The translations under genes and the position numbers were made by a program. From NCBI GenBank assembly GCA_051748705.1, contig JBNJHQ010000004.1, positions 1 to 37,209 on the forward strand: a DNA stretch of 37,209 nucleotides, written 5' to 3'. Within the stretch, counting starts at the first letter, position 1. Each line of letters opens with the position of its first letter. Source of the stretch: Bacteroidota bacterium (GTDB lineage: Bacteria; Bacteroidota; Bacteroidia; Bacteroidales; VadinHA17). Shown here in pieces: positions 11,733-20,345 of the stretch. The notes beneath the pieces were generated by a model, which was not told where the DNA came from, searched no databases, and saw only the letters and a program-made list of their open reading frames with translations.

Positions 11733-13049
11733 TCATGATTCATCTGATCTCCTGTTCTTCTCCAAAAGGTATTTGAATGGATAAACCAGGCGGTCTATCA
11801 GGCGCATATCTTCAGTAATAATCTCAGCTCTTCCTGACATACTCTGGCTAAAATCAAGTTGCTTCCCATAGAAAGTTGAAAGGCCATCAGGCAGCTCCAC
11901 ATCAAGCACATATAAATTATCCTGTGGCACAAGCGATCTTGATCTTACTATACCCCGCACCATTCCGTACTCAAGGTAAGGATAACTTTCAAGCTGAATG
12001 TTAACATCCTGTCCTACCCTTACCTTGCCGGATCCTGTCATTGGTATCTTTATGCGTGCAATAATTTCATTGTCCCCGCCCGGGACTACTGTCATCACGG
12101 TTTCTCCTTCCCGGACGGACTGGTTCTCTGACCAGAAAGAAGTAAAAGTGACTTTGCCCCTGGTTGGTGAGACAAGCAGGTAATTCTGGATCCACCAGTC
12201 GAATCTGGCCTTAAGCTTCAGTAGCTGGTCTTCCATTGCAGATTTGAATTTCTGTCTTTCCTCATCGCGAAAGGCGAGCAGATCCTGCAGTTCCTGTTTT
12301 TTTGAAGCCAGGTCTATTTGTCTTGATGCGGCTTCCAGACGTACCTGCACAAGTTCAATCCGGGTTGAGTAATAATTTTGCTTTGAATTTTCGAGTTCAG
12401 CATCCGGAAGTATGTCCTGTTGATTAAGAAGAGAGTCTCTCAGGTATTTTTTCTTTTCCACTTCCAAATTCGAATAGCTGATCTGTTCCTTGTGCTTTAG
12501 CTGCCGGATATAATCCTCAATACTTTTCACTTCGTCCCGGACAGCTTCGATCTTTTTCCCGTAATAATCAATTTGAACATGATTGAAATAGTCAAAAAAT
12601 GTTTTCCTGAATGCTGAATACTGGTCCTGTATTTCCCCCAGCACAGGGTTACCAGGCAGGTTGAACTCATGTTCAATCATTGATGAAGGCAGTTCATCTG
12701 ACTTAACGGTATCGAGCATTGCACTGAGCCATTTAATGCTTTCATAGGAAGCAGTAGTTTCCATAATACCCAGTATTGACCCGGAAGAAACAATATCTCC
12801 GTCATCAACAAAGAGCTCTTCAATGCTGCCGGATACTCTGGCCACGATATTTGCCGGAGGATTTTCAGTTGTAATAACAGCTTCGGCCCTTATTATGTAG
12901 GGGTATTTAATGAAGTACGACAGTAATAAAAGCAAGACAATAACTATTGTTACTATTACTGTTCCCCTGCGTACCAGTGAGGCCGGAGGTGTATTCATTA
13001 TATCCTCAACGGTCTGTGAATATCTTATTTCCTGAGTTTGCTTTTTCAT
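11733..13049 (-). CDS. HlyD-family membrane fusion (type I secretion adaptor) protein
   Basis: N-terminal TM, lipoyl-like half-motifs (VSGSIEELFVDDGDIV; SPTRGKV), long coiled coil, KVRVGQDVNIQLESYPYLEYG; starts 5 nt after the exporter stop. Confidence 0.93.
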   Translation of the reverse strand: MKKQTQEIRYSQTVEDIMNTPPASLVRRGTVIVTIVIVLLLLLSYFIKYPYIIRAEAVITTENPPANIVARVSGSIEELFVDDGDIVSSGSILGIMETTASYESIKWLSAMLDTVKSDELPSSMIEHEFNLPGNPVLGEIQDQYSAFRKTFFDYFNHVQIDYYGKKIEAVRDEVKSIEDYIRQLKHKEQISYSNLEVEKKKYLRDSLLNQQDILPDAELENSKQNYYSTRIELVQVRLEAASRQIDLASKKQELQDLLAFRDEERQKFKSAMEDQLLKLKARFDWWIQNYLLVSPTRGKVTFTSFWSENQSVREGETVMTVVPGGDNEIIARIKIPMTGSGKVRVGQDVNIQLESYPYLEYGMVRGIVRSRSLVPQDNLYVLDVELPDGLSTFYGKQLDFSQSMSGRAEIITEDMRLIDRLVYPFKYLLEKNRRSDES

Positions 13050-13054
13050 AATGA

Positions 13055-15241
13055 TCAGTTACCAAGCTCGAGCTGTTCTCTTATCAGGTTGAAATACATA
13101 CCCTTCTTTTCAATAAGGTCCTCGTGTGTTCCACTCTCAATCATACGTCCCCTGTCAATTACGACAATATTATCTGCCTGACGCACTGTACTCAGCCTGT
13201 GCGCAATAATTACCACGGTTCTGCCAGGGTAAAAATCATTGAGATTTGAAACTATTTGTTTTTCATTGGATGCGTCGAGAGAATTTGTGGCCTCATCGAA
13301 GAACAGGTATTCAGGGTTTTTATAGACCGCCCTGGCTATTAATATTCTCTGCTTCTGTCCCTGCGAAAGGCCCTGCCCGTTATGACCTATCCTTGTATTT
13401 ATTCCCAGGGGCAAAGTATCGATAAAGCTACTGATATTTGCTATTGTAGTGGCTCTAATCAGTCTATCCTTATCAATTGTTTCCACCCCGGGGGCAATAT
13501 TGTTGGCTATGGTATCAGGAAAAATATATCCATCCTGCATAACAACTCCCACCTTGCTCCTCCAGACTTTGAGGCTGAGGTTTCGCAGGTTGGTGTCACC
13601 TATCATCACATCTCCCTCCACCGGTACGTAAAAACCAAGCATCAGTTTCAAAAGGGTTGTTTTTCCGCTTCCGCTGGTTCCAACTATGGCAGTGATCTTT
13701 TTCCCGGGAATAACAATATCGATATCCTTCAGGACGAATGGTGACCGGGGGCCTTCATACTGAAAAGAAAGGCCATTAATAAAAATACTTCTGTTTGCCG
13801 GGAGGTCTTTTACTTTCATATCGGTAACTGACTCCTCGGTCTCACTGGCCTGTACCTCCGACAACCTGTCAAGGCTCAGTCTTGCGTCCTGGGCTGTCCT
13901 GAAAAACACAACCATCTGGTTTACAGGGATATTCAGTTGCCCTATTATAAACTGAACGGCGAGCATCATACCAAGTGTCATGCTGCCTGACAAGACAGCC
14001 AGTGCAGCTATGATTGTGATCAGCACATTGGATACCTCATTTATCAGTTTCCCGCCTGCAAGCTGGTACTGGGACAGGCTCATTGCTTTAACCCTTGTTT
14101 TGAAGAGGGAAGCCTGGAGGTTTTCCCAGTCCCATCTTTTACTGGTTTCACTCTGGGTAAGTTTGATTTCCTGCATGCCCGTGATTATTTCAATCAGCTT
14201 GGCATTATTATCGGATAACTGTTTGAACCTACGGTGATCAAGTTTGGCCCTGGGCTTCATAAAAAAGGTCACCCACCCAATATACAGAAGCGTTCCTGCT
14301 ATGAAAACGAGCAAAATATTAAGATTGTATATTGCCAGCACTATGCCGAATACCAGGAGGTTGACAAATGAAAACAAAACACTCAGGGACGTATTGCTCA
14401 GGAAAGATTCTATGCGCTGGTTATCTTCAATCCGCTGGAGTATATCACCACTTAACTTTTTATCAAAATAAGAAATGGGCAGGGCCATCATTTTATGCAA
14501 AAATCCGGAGACGACTGCCACATTCACCCTTGTGCTTATATGCAGTAATAACCACCCCCTTACAAATTCAACTGTCATTCTTCCGATAACAAGAGCCAGT
14601 TGTGCAAAGAGCACAAGGTAAATGAACCCCAGGTCCCTCGTGTTTATCCCAATATCTATAACAGCCTGGGTGAGAAAGGGAAATATTAGCTGTATAATGC
14701 TGCCTATAAGTAAGCCAAGGAATATCTGGAAGAAATACTTCCTGTATAGCTTAATATACTTGAAAAGAAAAGCGAAACCGGACTTCCCCCCTTCATTCTC
14801 TTCCTGTTCATAAAATGACGGTGTGGGCTGGAGAATCATTACAAGACCAACTTTTTCACCGTCAATCGTGGTCATTGCCCAGTTCTTTTCAAACTCATCC
14901 CTTGTATATTTTACAAGGCCCCGGGCAGGGTCAGCAACATAGACTATCCCTTTTTTTATCTTATATACCACGATAAAATGCTTTTGTCTCCAGTGGACAA
15001 TACATGGCAGGGGGGTATCTTCAGCAAGCCTTGAAAAGGGAATCCGCACACCCAGGGTCCTCAAACCGAGCGATTCGGCTGCTTCCGAGATACCGAGAAA
15101 GGAGACTCCTTCACGGGTAATATAGGAGCGTTCCCTTAAATCGGGGAGACTGAATTTCTTACCGTGAAAACGTGCAATCATCTGAAGGCAGGCGGGGCCA
15201 CAGTCCATTGCATCTGCTTGCCTTTCGAAGGGGAATGACAT
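13055..15241 (-). CDS. Peptidase C39-containing ABC transporter (PCAT; double-glycine leader processing and export)
   Basis: C39 motif QADAMDCGPACL (Cys14), HFIVV, VADP; ABC TM domain; Walker A GTSGSGKTT, signature LSQGQKQR, Walker B LFFDE, IAHRLSTV. Confidence 0.96.
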   Translation of the reverse strand: MSFPFERQADAMDCGPACLQMIARFHGKKFSLPDLRERSYITREGVSFLGISEAAESLGLRTLGVRIPFSRLAEDTPLPCIVHWRQKHFIVVYKIKKGIVYVADPARGLVKYTRDEFEKNWAMTTIDGEKVGLVMILQPTPSFYEQEENEGGKSGFAFLFKYIKLYRKYFFQIFLGLLIGSIIQLIFPFLTQAVIDIGINTRDLGFIYLVLFAQLALVIGRMTVEFVRGWLLLHISTRVNVAVVSGFLHKMMALPISYFDKKLSGDILQRIEDNQRIESFLSNTSLSVLFSFVNLLVFGIVLAIYNLNILLVFIAGTLLYIGWVTFFMKPRAKLDHRRFKQLSDNNAKLIEIITGMQEIKLTQSETSKRWDWENLQASLFKTRVKAMSLSQYQLAGGKLINEVSNVLITIIAALAVLSGSMTLGMMLAVQFIIGQLNIPVNQMVVFFRTAQDARLSLDRLSEVQASETEESVTDMKVKDLPANRSIFINGLSFQYEGPRSPFVLKDIDIVIPGKKITAIVGTSGSGKTTLLKLMLGFYVPVEGDVMIGDTNLRNLSLKVWRSKVGVVMQDGYIFPDTIANNIAPGVETIDKDRLIRATTIANISSFIDTLPLGINTRIGHNGQGLSQGQKQRILIARAVYKNPEYLFFDEATNSLDASNEKQIVSNLNDFYPGRTVVIIAHRLSTVRQADNIVVIDRGRMIESGTHEDLIEKKGMYFNLIREQLELGN

Positions 15242-15263
15242 AACTATTCGTGCTTAAAGCATG

Positions 15264-15294
15264 TAAATATATTTATAATTTAATTCTATTCAAA
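15264..15294 (-). promoter_or_regulatory. Putative primary-sigma promoter for the PCAT-HlyD operon
   Basis: Minus strand TTTG (15294-15291), 19-nt spacer, then TATATTTA (15271-15264), one mismatch from TAnnTTTG. Confidence 0.4.
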
Positions 15295-15351
15295 TACGAT
15301 GGCCCCGTGCTTAATGCTGTGGAATCATTCAGTTAATTATACCGGAAATAC

Positions 15352-15359
15352 TATATTTG
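15352..15359 (+). promoter_or_regulatory. Primary-sigma -7 element upstream of the ECF sigma gene
   Basis: TATATTTG is an exact TAnnTTTG match, 19 nt before the GTG start. Confidence 0.5.
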
Positions 15360-15378
15360 CCACAAATAATGAAATGAT

Positions 15379-15945
15379 GTGTTAAAAAAACACTCAGATA
15401 AAAAATTAATAGAGGGAATACGAAAGGGGGATCAGAATTCTATTAACTACCTCTATGACACATTTTTCGATACCATTAACTCATATATAGTAAAAAATAC
15501 AGGTACGGAGGATGATGCCTATGATATATTCCAGGATGCGATGATGGTAATCTTCAAAAAGATACAGCAGAACAACCTGGATGAATCAACGGATGTAAAA
15601 GGATATCTTTTTGGTGTTGCCCGCAATTTATGGCATGAACATCTGAGGAAGGAAAAGAAGAAGGTGGATCTGGACCCTGATGTGAGCGATGAATTTGATC
15701 CTTCAAGCCTGCTTGATACTCCCCTGGAGCAAATAGTGCAGAGATCATTCCTTGTTCTCAAGCCGGAATGCAGGGAAGTGCTCAATATGCTAATCAAAGG
15801 AGCTGACTATAAAGAGATCGCAAAAACCATGAATTATAAATCGGAAGATTATGCCCGAAGGAAAAAGTATCTCTGCAAAGAAGCGCTCATTAAAATAATC
15901 AAAGCTGATCCTGAATTCAGTGATTATTCTTTTACTGACCTGTAA
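15379..15945 (+). CDS. ECF-type sigma-70 factor (GTG start)
   Basis: Region 2 (EDDAYDIFQDAMM..YLFGVARNLW) and region 4 (LKPECREVL..YKEIAKTMNY..RRKKYLCKEAL); 188 aa. Confidence 0.92.
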   Translation: MLKKHSDKKLIEGIRKGDQNSINYLYDTFFDTINSYIVKNTGTEDDAYDIFQDAMMVIFKKIQQNNLDESTDVKGYLFGVARNLWHEHLRKEKKKVDLDPDVSDEFDPSSLLDTPLEQIVQRSFLVLKPECREVLNMLIKGADYKEIAKTMNYKSEDYARRKKYLCKEALIKIIKADPEFSDYSFTDL

Positions 15946-18923
15946 TAATACCGTATTAAAAGGTAGGCGATTGCCAGAACCATTATTATTAGAATGTATC
16001 TCTTCACAGGTAAATAAACAGCATCATCATCGCCTATAATAACCATGGTACTCCAGAAATAGGGATGTGATCGCATCTGGTCAGCACTGGAGAGGTAGTC
16101 CATTCTCGCTTTCCTGAGGGATCTGCTCTTCGTATGCCCCCGTTTCAGGTATAAATAGAAATTTTTTACCATTTCACTGCCCGACATGTCATCCACTTCC
16201 CAGAGTGACATAATCACACTCGGGCTTCCTGAGTAGAAGAAGCCTCTTGCCAGGCTCATTACACCCTCACCTGATTGCAGGAAGCCGCTGCCTGTGTTAC
16301 AGGAACTAAGGAACACCATCTTTGATCTGAATGGTATATTATAAACCTCGAAAGTATTAAGCATGCCATCTTCAACAGTATCGGCCTTCATATCGAATAT
16401 CATTTTTGAATACATTGGCTCACGATCATTTAAAAGGGTGTGCATCGAAAGGTGTATGATATCACCTTTGAGAACATTATTCTTGAATGCACTTTCAGTG
16501 GCCCGGTCATCAATGAACAGGTCTCCACCAAGTAATTTATTGATATAGATTGCTTCCTCACGAGCACCGGGTATATTGCCAAGGCTGTCACGAAACGACT
16601 GCCTGGTCATCATGAGCTCATTGACATCCATGTTACTACTGTATTCCGGGGCAAAGACAAGTGTGCGGTTTTTAATGCTCCTTCCGTATGATATTTTTTC
16701 TGACAGCAGGGTGGCTGAGTATTCGTATACTATATTGTATTCGTTCAGCAGGTAGGACAGCTCCCTGTAATTTACCTCGTCATAGTCGGGCATTTCAGAG
16801 ATCAGTGATTCAAAAGGGATGTATGAAAGAATATCATCAGCTGAAATAATCAACCTGTCAGAAACCAGGTAATCCTCCACCGGCAACACCAGTCTCTTGT
16901 ACAATTCTGAAGCAAGGCTGATAAATTGCCGGTACTGGGAAACTGACCCTTTTACAATGGAAGGCTCTATAAGTATATTCCTGAAATCAAGGAGCATTCC
17001 TCTTAAATCATCCTTACTGCTCACGGTCTTAACCTCAAATACCCGGTCATTTATAAGAAAAATATACAGCAGGCTGTCAGACAGGTAATACTCAATAAAG
17101 TTGCCATCTTTTCCTACCCTTTCCCTGATTTCTTCTATACTGCTTATTTCAGAATTGTGTTTAAGGTTAAAGTAGCGCGGATAATCTTTTTCAAAAATTC
17201 GTATAAGTGAGTCATGACGTGCCCCGGTTTTCAAGCTGAGCTGGCGGTAATGATTTATTAAATCATAATCAGGTTCCTGTTTTGCAGACTCATTATAAAT
17301 CACTTCGTTATAATCCCTGAGATCTGCCATCAGTTCTCTTTCGAGACCGGCAAGATCAGGGGGCAGGTGGTAATCCAGGGCCCTGTTGTTCCTTGTTGCC
17401 AGCAGCAGGCCGGCTGCCCTTGATTTCTCCGAAACTGCGAAGGCGCTCTCAGCATAAACAGGATCGCCCGTTAGCTCGAATAAACTATGCAAAATTGAAA
17501 GTGACAGATCATAAGCTTCAAAAAAATTACCGGAAACCCTGCTGCTGCTTTCATATTCCTTTACCCTTATCCTGGTATCTTCAATTAAGGCTACAGTCTT
17601 TTCTGCAGCAGACAAAGCCTCCTTCAGTATCTTCATATCACTTTCTGCCCCGGGCATACCTATGAGTATCCTGCTTTTATAGAGGTGGGCCGCTGTCCTT
17701 ATCCTTGATGACATTATCAAAGAATCCCCGATAAGCAAATTGATATATTCAAGGGCTTCACTATTTCTCCCGGTTTCATACATCAGCCTTGCATGATAGA
17801 GGTATGCCTCCCCTTTCACCCTACGGTCGTGTTCATTATTTCCTGCATATATAAGTGCCTGTTTTAACACTTTATCTAACTGTGTGTAATCGTCTGTTTC
17901 CTGGAGAAGGAAATAGGCATAATTCAGAAGCTGGATAATATGGTCGCGGCTGTTTGTCCCATAAGCCTTCTCAGCTTCATCAACCGATAAGAGCAAATAT
18001 TTCCTGGCCCCCTCCAGGTCATCAATTTCCGACAGCAGCCGGGAATAATTATCATAAAGTGAATAGAGGATCCTGCCCTTATAATGTGTGGATTCTACCA
18101 GGTCAATTGCTTTCTTAAAATAGTATTCTGATTCTTCGATGTTCTGCAGTTCAAAATTAGATGCTGCCAGTGATACATATGATCTCAATATATCCGCTAT
18201 ATCAATAGTTTCAGTCCTGGACTGGAGTGAATAAGCAAGTTCAAAATTGCGCTTTGCCCGGTTGAAATCAAAGATATTCATATAGGACACACCGGTATTG
18301 AAATATAAATTAAGCAGGTTTATATTATCTGTGAGATCCGGGTATGCCTCCGCAAGGTTTATCCCCCTTAGCGATACAGAAAGGGCCCTTTCATACATGC
18401 TCATATCAATATATACTGCAGAAAGGTTGACAAGTGTCTTTAGCAATAAGGGAGAAGTCGGCCCAAAGAGTTCTTCCCTTGTGGCAACAGCCAGTTCGAG
18501 GTTCTCCCTTGCCTGCTCCGGCTGCCCGCTATGATAATATGACAGTCCCAGATTTGTTCTTGCTTTGGTGTAAATATCATCAATACTGTCTTTTGCCAGC
18601 CTGAAGCGTATAGATTTTTGTAACAATCCTTTTGATTCATCGTATGAATCTGTAAGATATTTATATGTCCCGGCATAATAGTAACAATCGGATAAGAGGA
18701 TAGTGTCACGTGTATCATGGGTGGCAAGGTAATCCAGTATCCATTCATAGTATTCGCCGGCTGCGGGATTACTCTCCTGCATGGCAAGTTTAAAAGCGTC
18801 AAGCTTGTTGATCAGGGTGGAATCACCGGTAAGCGGTAAAGTATGATCGCCGGCATATAAAGGGGGAAAATAAGAAAAGAGAAAAACTGATAAAATTAAT
18901 ATGCACCTGCAGATTATGCCCAT
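15924..18923 (-). CDS. TPR-CHAT (caspase-like) protease with signal peptide and C-terminal TM anchor
   Basis: Signal-like N-terminus ending PLYA/G; many TPR helices; CHAT motifs LSYIPFESL, IHLSMHT (His), FLSSCNTG (Cys), GEGVMSLARGF, SLWEVDD, HPYFWS; hydrophobic C-terminal helix followed by basic residues. Confidence 0.92.
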   Translation of the reverse strand: MGIICRCILILSVFLFSYFPPLYAGDHTLPLTGDSTLINKLDAFKLAMQESNPAAGEYYEWILDYLATHDTRDTILLSDCYYYAGTYKYLTDSYDESKGLLQKSIRFRLAKDSIDDIYTKARTNLGLSYYHSGQPEQARENLELAVATREELFGPTSPLLLKTLVNLSAVYIDMSMYERALSVSLRGINLAEAYPDLTDNINLLNLYFNTGVSYMNIFDFNRAKRNFELAYSLQSRTETIDIADILRSYVSLAASNFELQNIEESEYYFKKAIDLVESTHYKGRILYSLYDNYSRLLSEIDDLEGARKYLLLSVDEAEKAYGTNSRDHIIQLLNYAYFLLQETDDYTQLDKVLKQALIYAGNNEHDRRVKGEAYLYHARLMYETGRNSEALEYINLLIGDSLIMSSRIRTAAHLYKSRILIGMPGAESDMKILKEALSAAEKTVALIEDTRIRVKEYESSSRVSGNFFEAYDLSLSILHSLFELTGDPVYAESAFAVSEKSRAAGLLLATRNNRALDYHLPPDLAGLERELMADLRDYNEVIYNESAKQEPDYDLINHYRQLSLKTGARHDSLIRIFEKDYPRYFNLKHNSEISSIEEIRERVGKDGNFIEYYLSDSLLYIFLINDRVFEVKTVSSKDDLRGMLLDFRNILIEPSIVKGSVSQYRQFISLASELYKRLVLPVEDYLVSDRLIISADDILSYIPFESLISEMPDYDEVNYRELSYLLNEYNIVYEYSATLLSEKISYGRSIKNRTLVFAPEYSSNMDVNELMMTRQSFRDSLGNIPGAREEAIYINKLLGGDLFIDDRATESAFKNNVLKGDIIHLSMHTLLNDREPMYSKMIFDMKADTVEDGMLNTFEVYNIPFRSKMVFLSSCNTGSGFLQSGEGVMSLARGFFYSGSPSVIMSLWEVDDMSGSEMVKNFYLYLKRGHTKSRSLRKARMDYLSSADQMRSHPYFWSTMVIIGDDDAVYLPVKRYILIIMVLAIAYLLIRYYYRSVKE

Positions 18924-19140
18924 CTGTAATAATATTATGCTTCAAGCATCCAAATATCAGTATAAGAACTTAAAAAGCAAAATAAAAATCACTATGCATA
19001 TCCTTGTATACCTGTATTTTATAAAAAATGTAAAAAAAAAGTCACTTTTTTTATGTCACAAAAAGGTTAAAAATGACATGTATATATGTAAAGCAAATTT
19101 TAACCCGATTAATTAAAAGTGTAACCAAAAAATTTAAACG

Positions 19141-19278
19141 ATGAAAACTTTAAACCAGGAAAACTTTGAAAATTTCAGTGACTTTTTACTTTCAGACGAA
19201 GAAATGATCCTCGTACGTGGCGGAGACGGTGAAGAAAAAGGTATGACAGTACCCCCGGTCACAGACCCTGAAATATAG
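19141..19278 (+). CDS. Double-glycine-leader precursor peptide, 45 aa (not in ORF track)
   Basis: MKTLNQENFENFSDFLLSDEEMILVRGG / DGEEKGMTVPPVTDPEI*. The leader matches LSxxE(L/M)xx(I/V)xGG, the start context is A-rich (aaaaaatttaaacgATG), and a C39 exporter lies 3.9 kb away. Confidence 0.85.
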   Translation: MKTLNQENFENFSDFLLSDEEMILVRGGDGEEKGMTVPPVTDPEI

Positions 19279-19280
19279 AA

Positions 19281-19532
19281 GCAGGCAATCCAGACGAAAT
19301 ACAGCGATCTGTAAAATATTTTAACCGTATTGAGCGGTGCCGTATGCTTATTGCGAAAGCTGCGGTGTGTAAAGGCACGCGAAATATGTCATATTAAGTT
19401 AGATGACATATAAGAAATGCTACGAAGCACGGTTGGCGTATACCCACCGGGTGTGCACACGGAGCAACTGCGGGGCAGGCAGAAATGGTATTTTCCATAA
19501 TCAGGCCTGCAGCATGACGGCCAGTAATGGCC
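19281..19532 (+). ncRNA. Candidate structured RNA or structured intercistronic region
   Basis: A run of hairpins found by eye, including GGCCA-GTAA-TGGCC and GC-GAAA-GC (GNRA loops), ATATGTCAT-N10-ATGACATAT and GCAGGC/GCCTGC. I recognise no known family. Confidence 0.35.
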
Positions 19533-19578
19533 AGGTAGTGAAATAGTAATATATTATCCAGATGAAATATAATAAATC

Positions 19579-20316
19579 ATGAAAAAAATTGAGTTCAACC
19601 GCTTTCTCGAAAGGTACCTCGAGGGAAAAATGCAAAGCGCCGAGAAGAAATGGTTTGAGGCTGAGCTGGAAGGTAATCCGGGACTTAAGAAGGAGCTCGA
19701 ATTGCGCAAAAAGGTCATTAAGCATCTTGAAAACCAGGATGCAATTGCATTCAGGCAAAGCCTTATGAGTGCCGAGGCAAGGCACAGAAAAGACAGGGCA
19801 AAACGAAAGGCAGCTTCCAAACACGTCATTCAGTATGCAGCTGTATTCGCTGGTCTCATTATTATTGCAAGCCTGGGTCTTTTTACCCTGAGAAACAATA
19901 TTGATGCAGATATTGCATCAAAGTATTCACCGGAGTATGTCCCTCTTTCAGTCTCACGTACATCGTCTGCAATGATTGATGAGGCATATTCAATGGCCAC
20001 AGAGTATTATAATTCAGGAAACTATGCTGAAGCAATAAAATGGTTCAACAGGATAGTGGATGCTGATATGCAGGTTGAATTTCTGAAGGGATCATCACAT
20101 ATGCAGATCAGCCAGTATAATGAAGCCATTGGCTCCTTCAGCAAAGTAGTTGAGGACAATGATAACCTCTTTATTGAAGATGCCCGGTTTTACCTTGCCG
20201 TATGCTATCTGCAGACAGGAGAAAAAGAAAGCTCGAGGCACTTGCTTGAGGCTATCACCAGGTCTGAAAACAGGCATAAGAAGGATGCAAGGAAACTTTT
20301 GAAAAAGATTGACTAA
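19579..20316 (+). CDS. Putative anti-sigma factor: N-terminal anti-sigma-like domain, single TM, C-terminal TPR domain
   Basis: ERYLEGKMQSAEKKWFEAELEGNPGLKKELE resembles a Zn-less anti-sigma N-terminal domain; basic stretch then TM (VIQYAAVFAGLIIIASLGLFTL); TPR motifs YYNSGNYAEAIKWF and ARFYLAVCYLQTGE. Confidence 0.7.
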   Translation: MKKIEFNRFLERYLEGKMQSAEKKWFEAELEGNPGLKKELELRKKVIKHLENQDAIAFRQSLMSAEARHRKDRAKRKAASKHVIQYAAVFAGLIIIASLGLFTLRNNIDADIASKYSPEYVPLSVSRTSSAMIDEAYSMATEYYNSGNYAEAIKWFNRIVDADMQVEFLKGSSHMQISQYNEAIGSFSKVVEDNDNLFIEDARFYLAVCYLQTGEKESSRHLLEAITRSENRHKKDARKLLKKID

Positions 20317-20345
20317 GAGGAATAGTACAAAAGCGGGAGATTTAC

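Noticed and set aside
18901-19116. 71-aa ORF on + strand upstream of the peptide
   Set aside because: It overlaps the CHAT start on the opposite strand and reads through AT-rich promoter-like DNA with poly-A/T runs; no recognisable motif.
19225-19275. Peptide core as a graspetide, lasso or radical-SAM RiPP (T/K and D/E residues)
   Set aside because: No ATP-grasp, lasso cyclase or SPASM enzyme lies in the window; the only radical SAM protein is a typical QueE.
19337-19385. Resemblance to a c-di-GMP-I riboswitch (GAAA loop then GGCACGCGAAA)
   Set aside because: The GGCAAAC element and second stem consensus are not found; similarity is superficial.
19417-19500. 27-aa ORF MLRSTVGVYPPGVHTEQLRGRQKWYFP inside the structured spacer
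   Set aside because: No GG leader or recognisable feature, and it sits in hairpin-rich sequence; unsupported without Ribo-seq.
15924-19578. CRISPR-linked Craspase (type III-E) locus
   Set aside because: No cas genes or repeat-spacer array are present, and the CHAT protein appears extracytoplasmic; only the protease/sigma logic is analogous.
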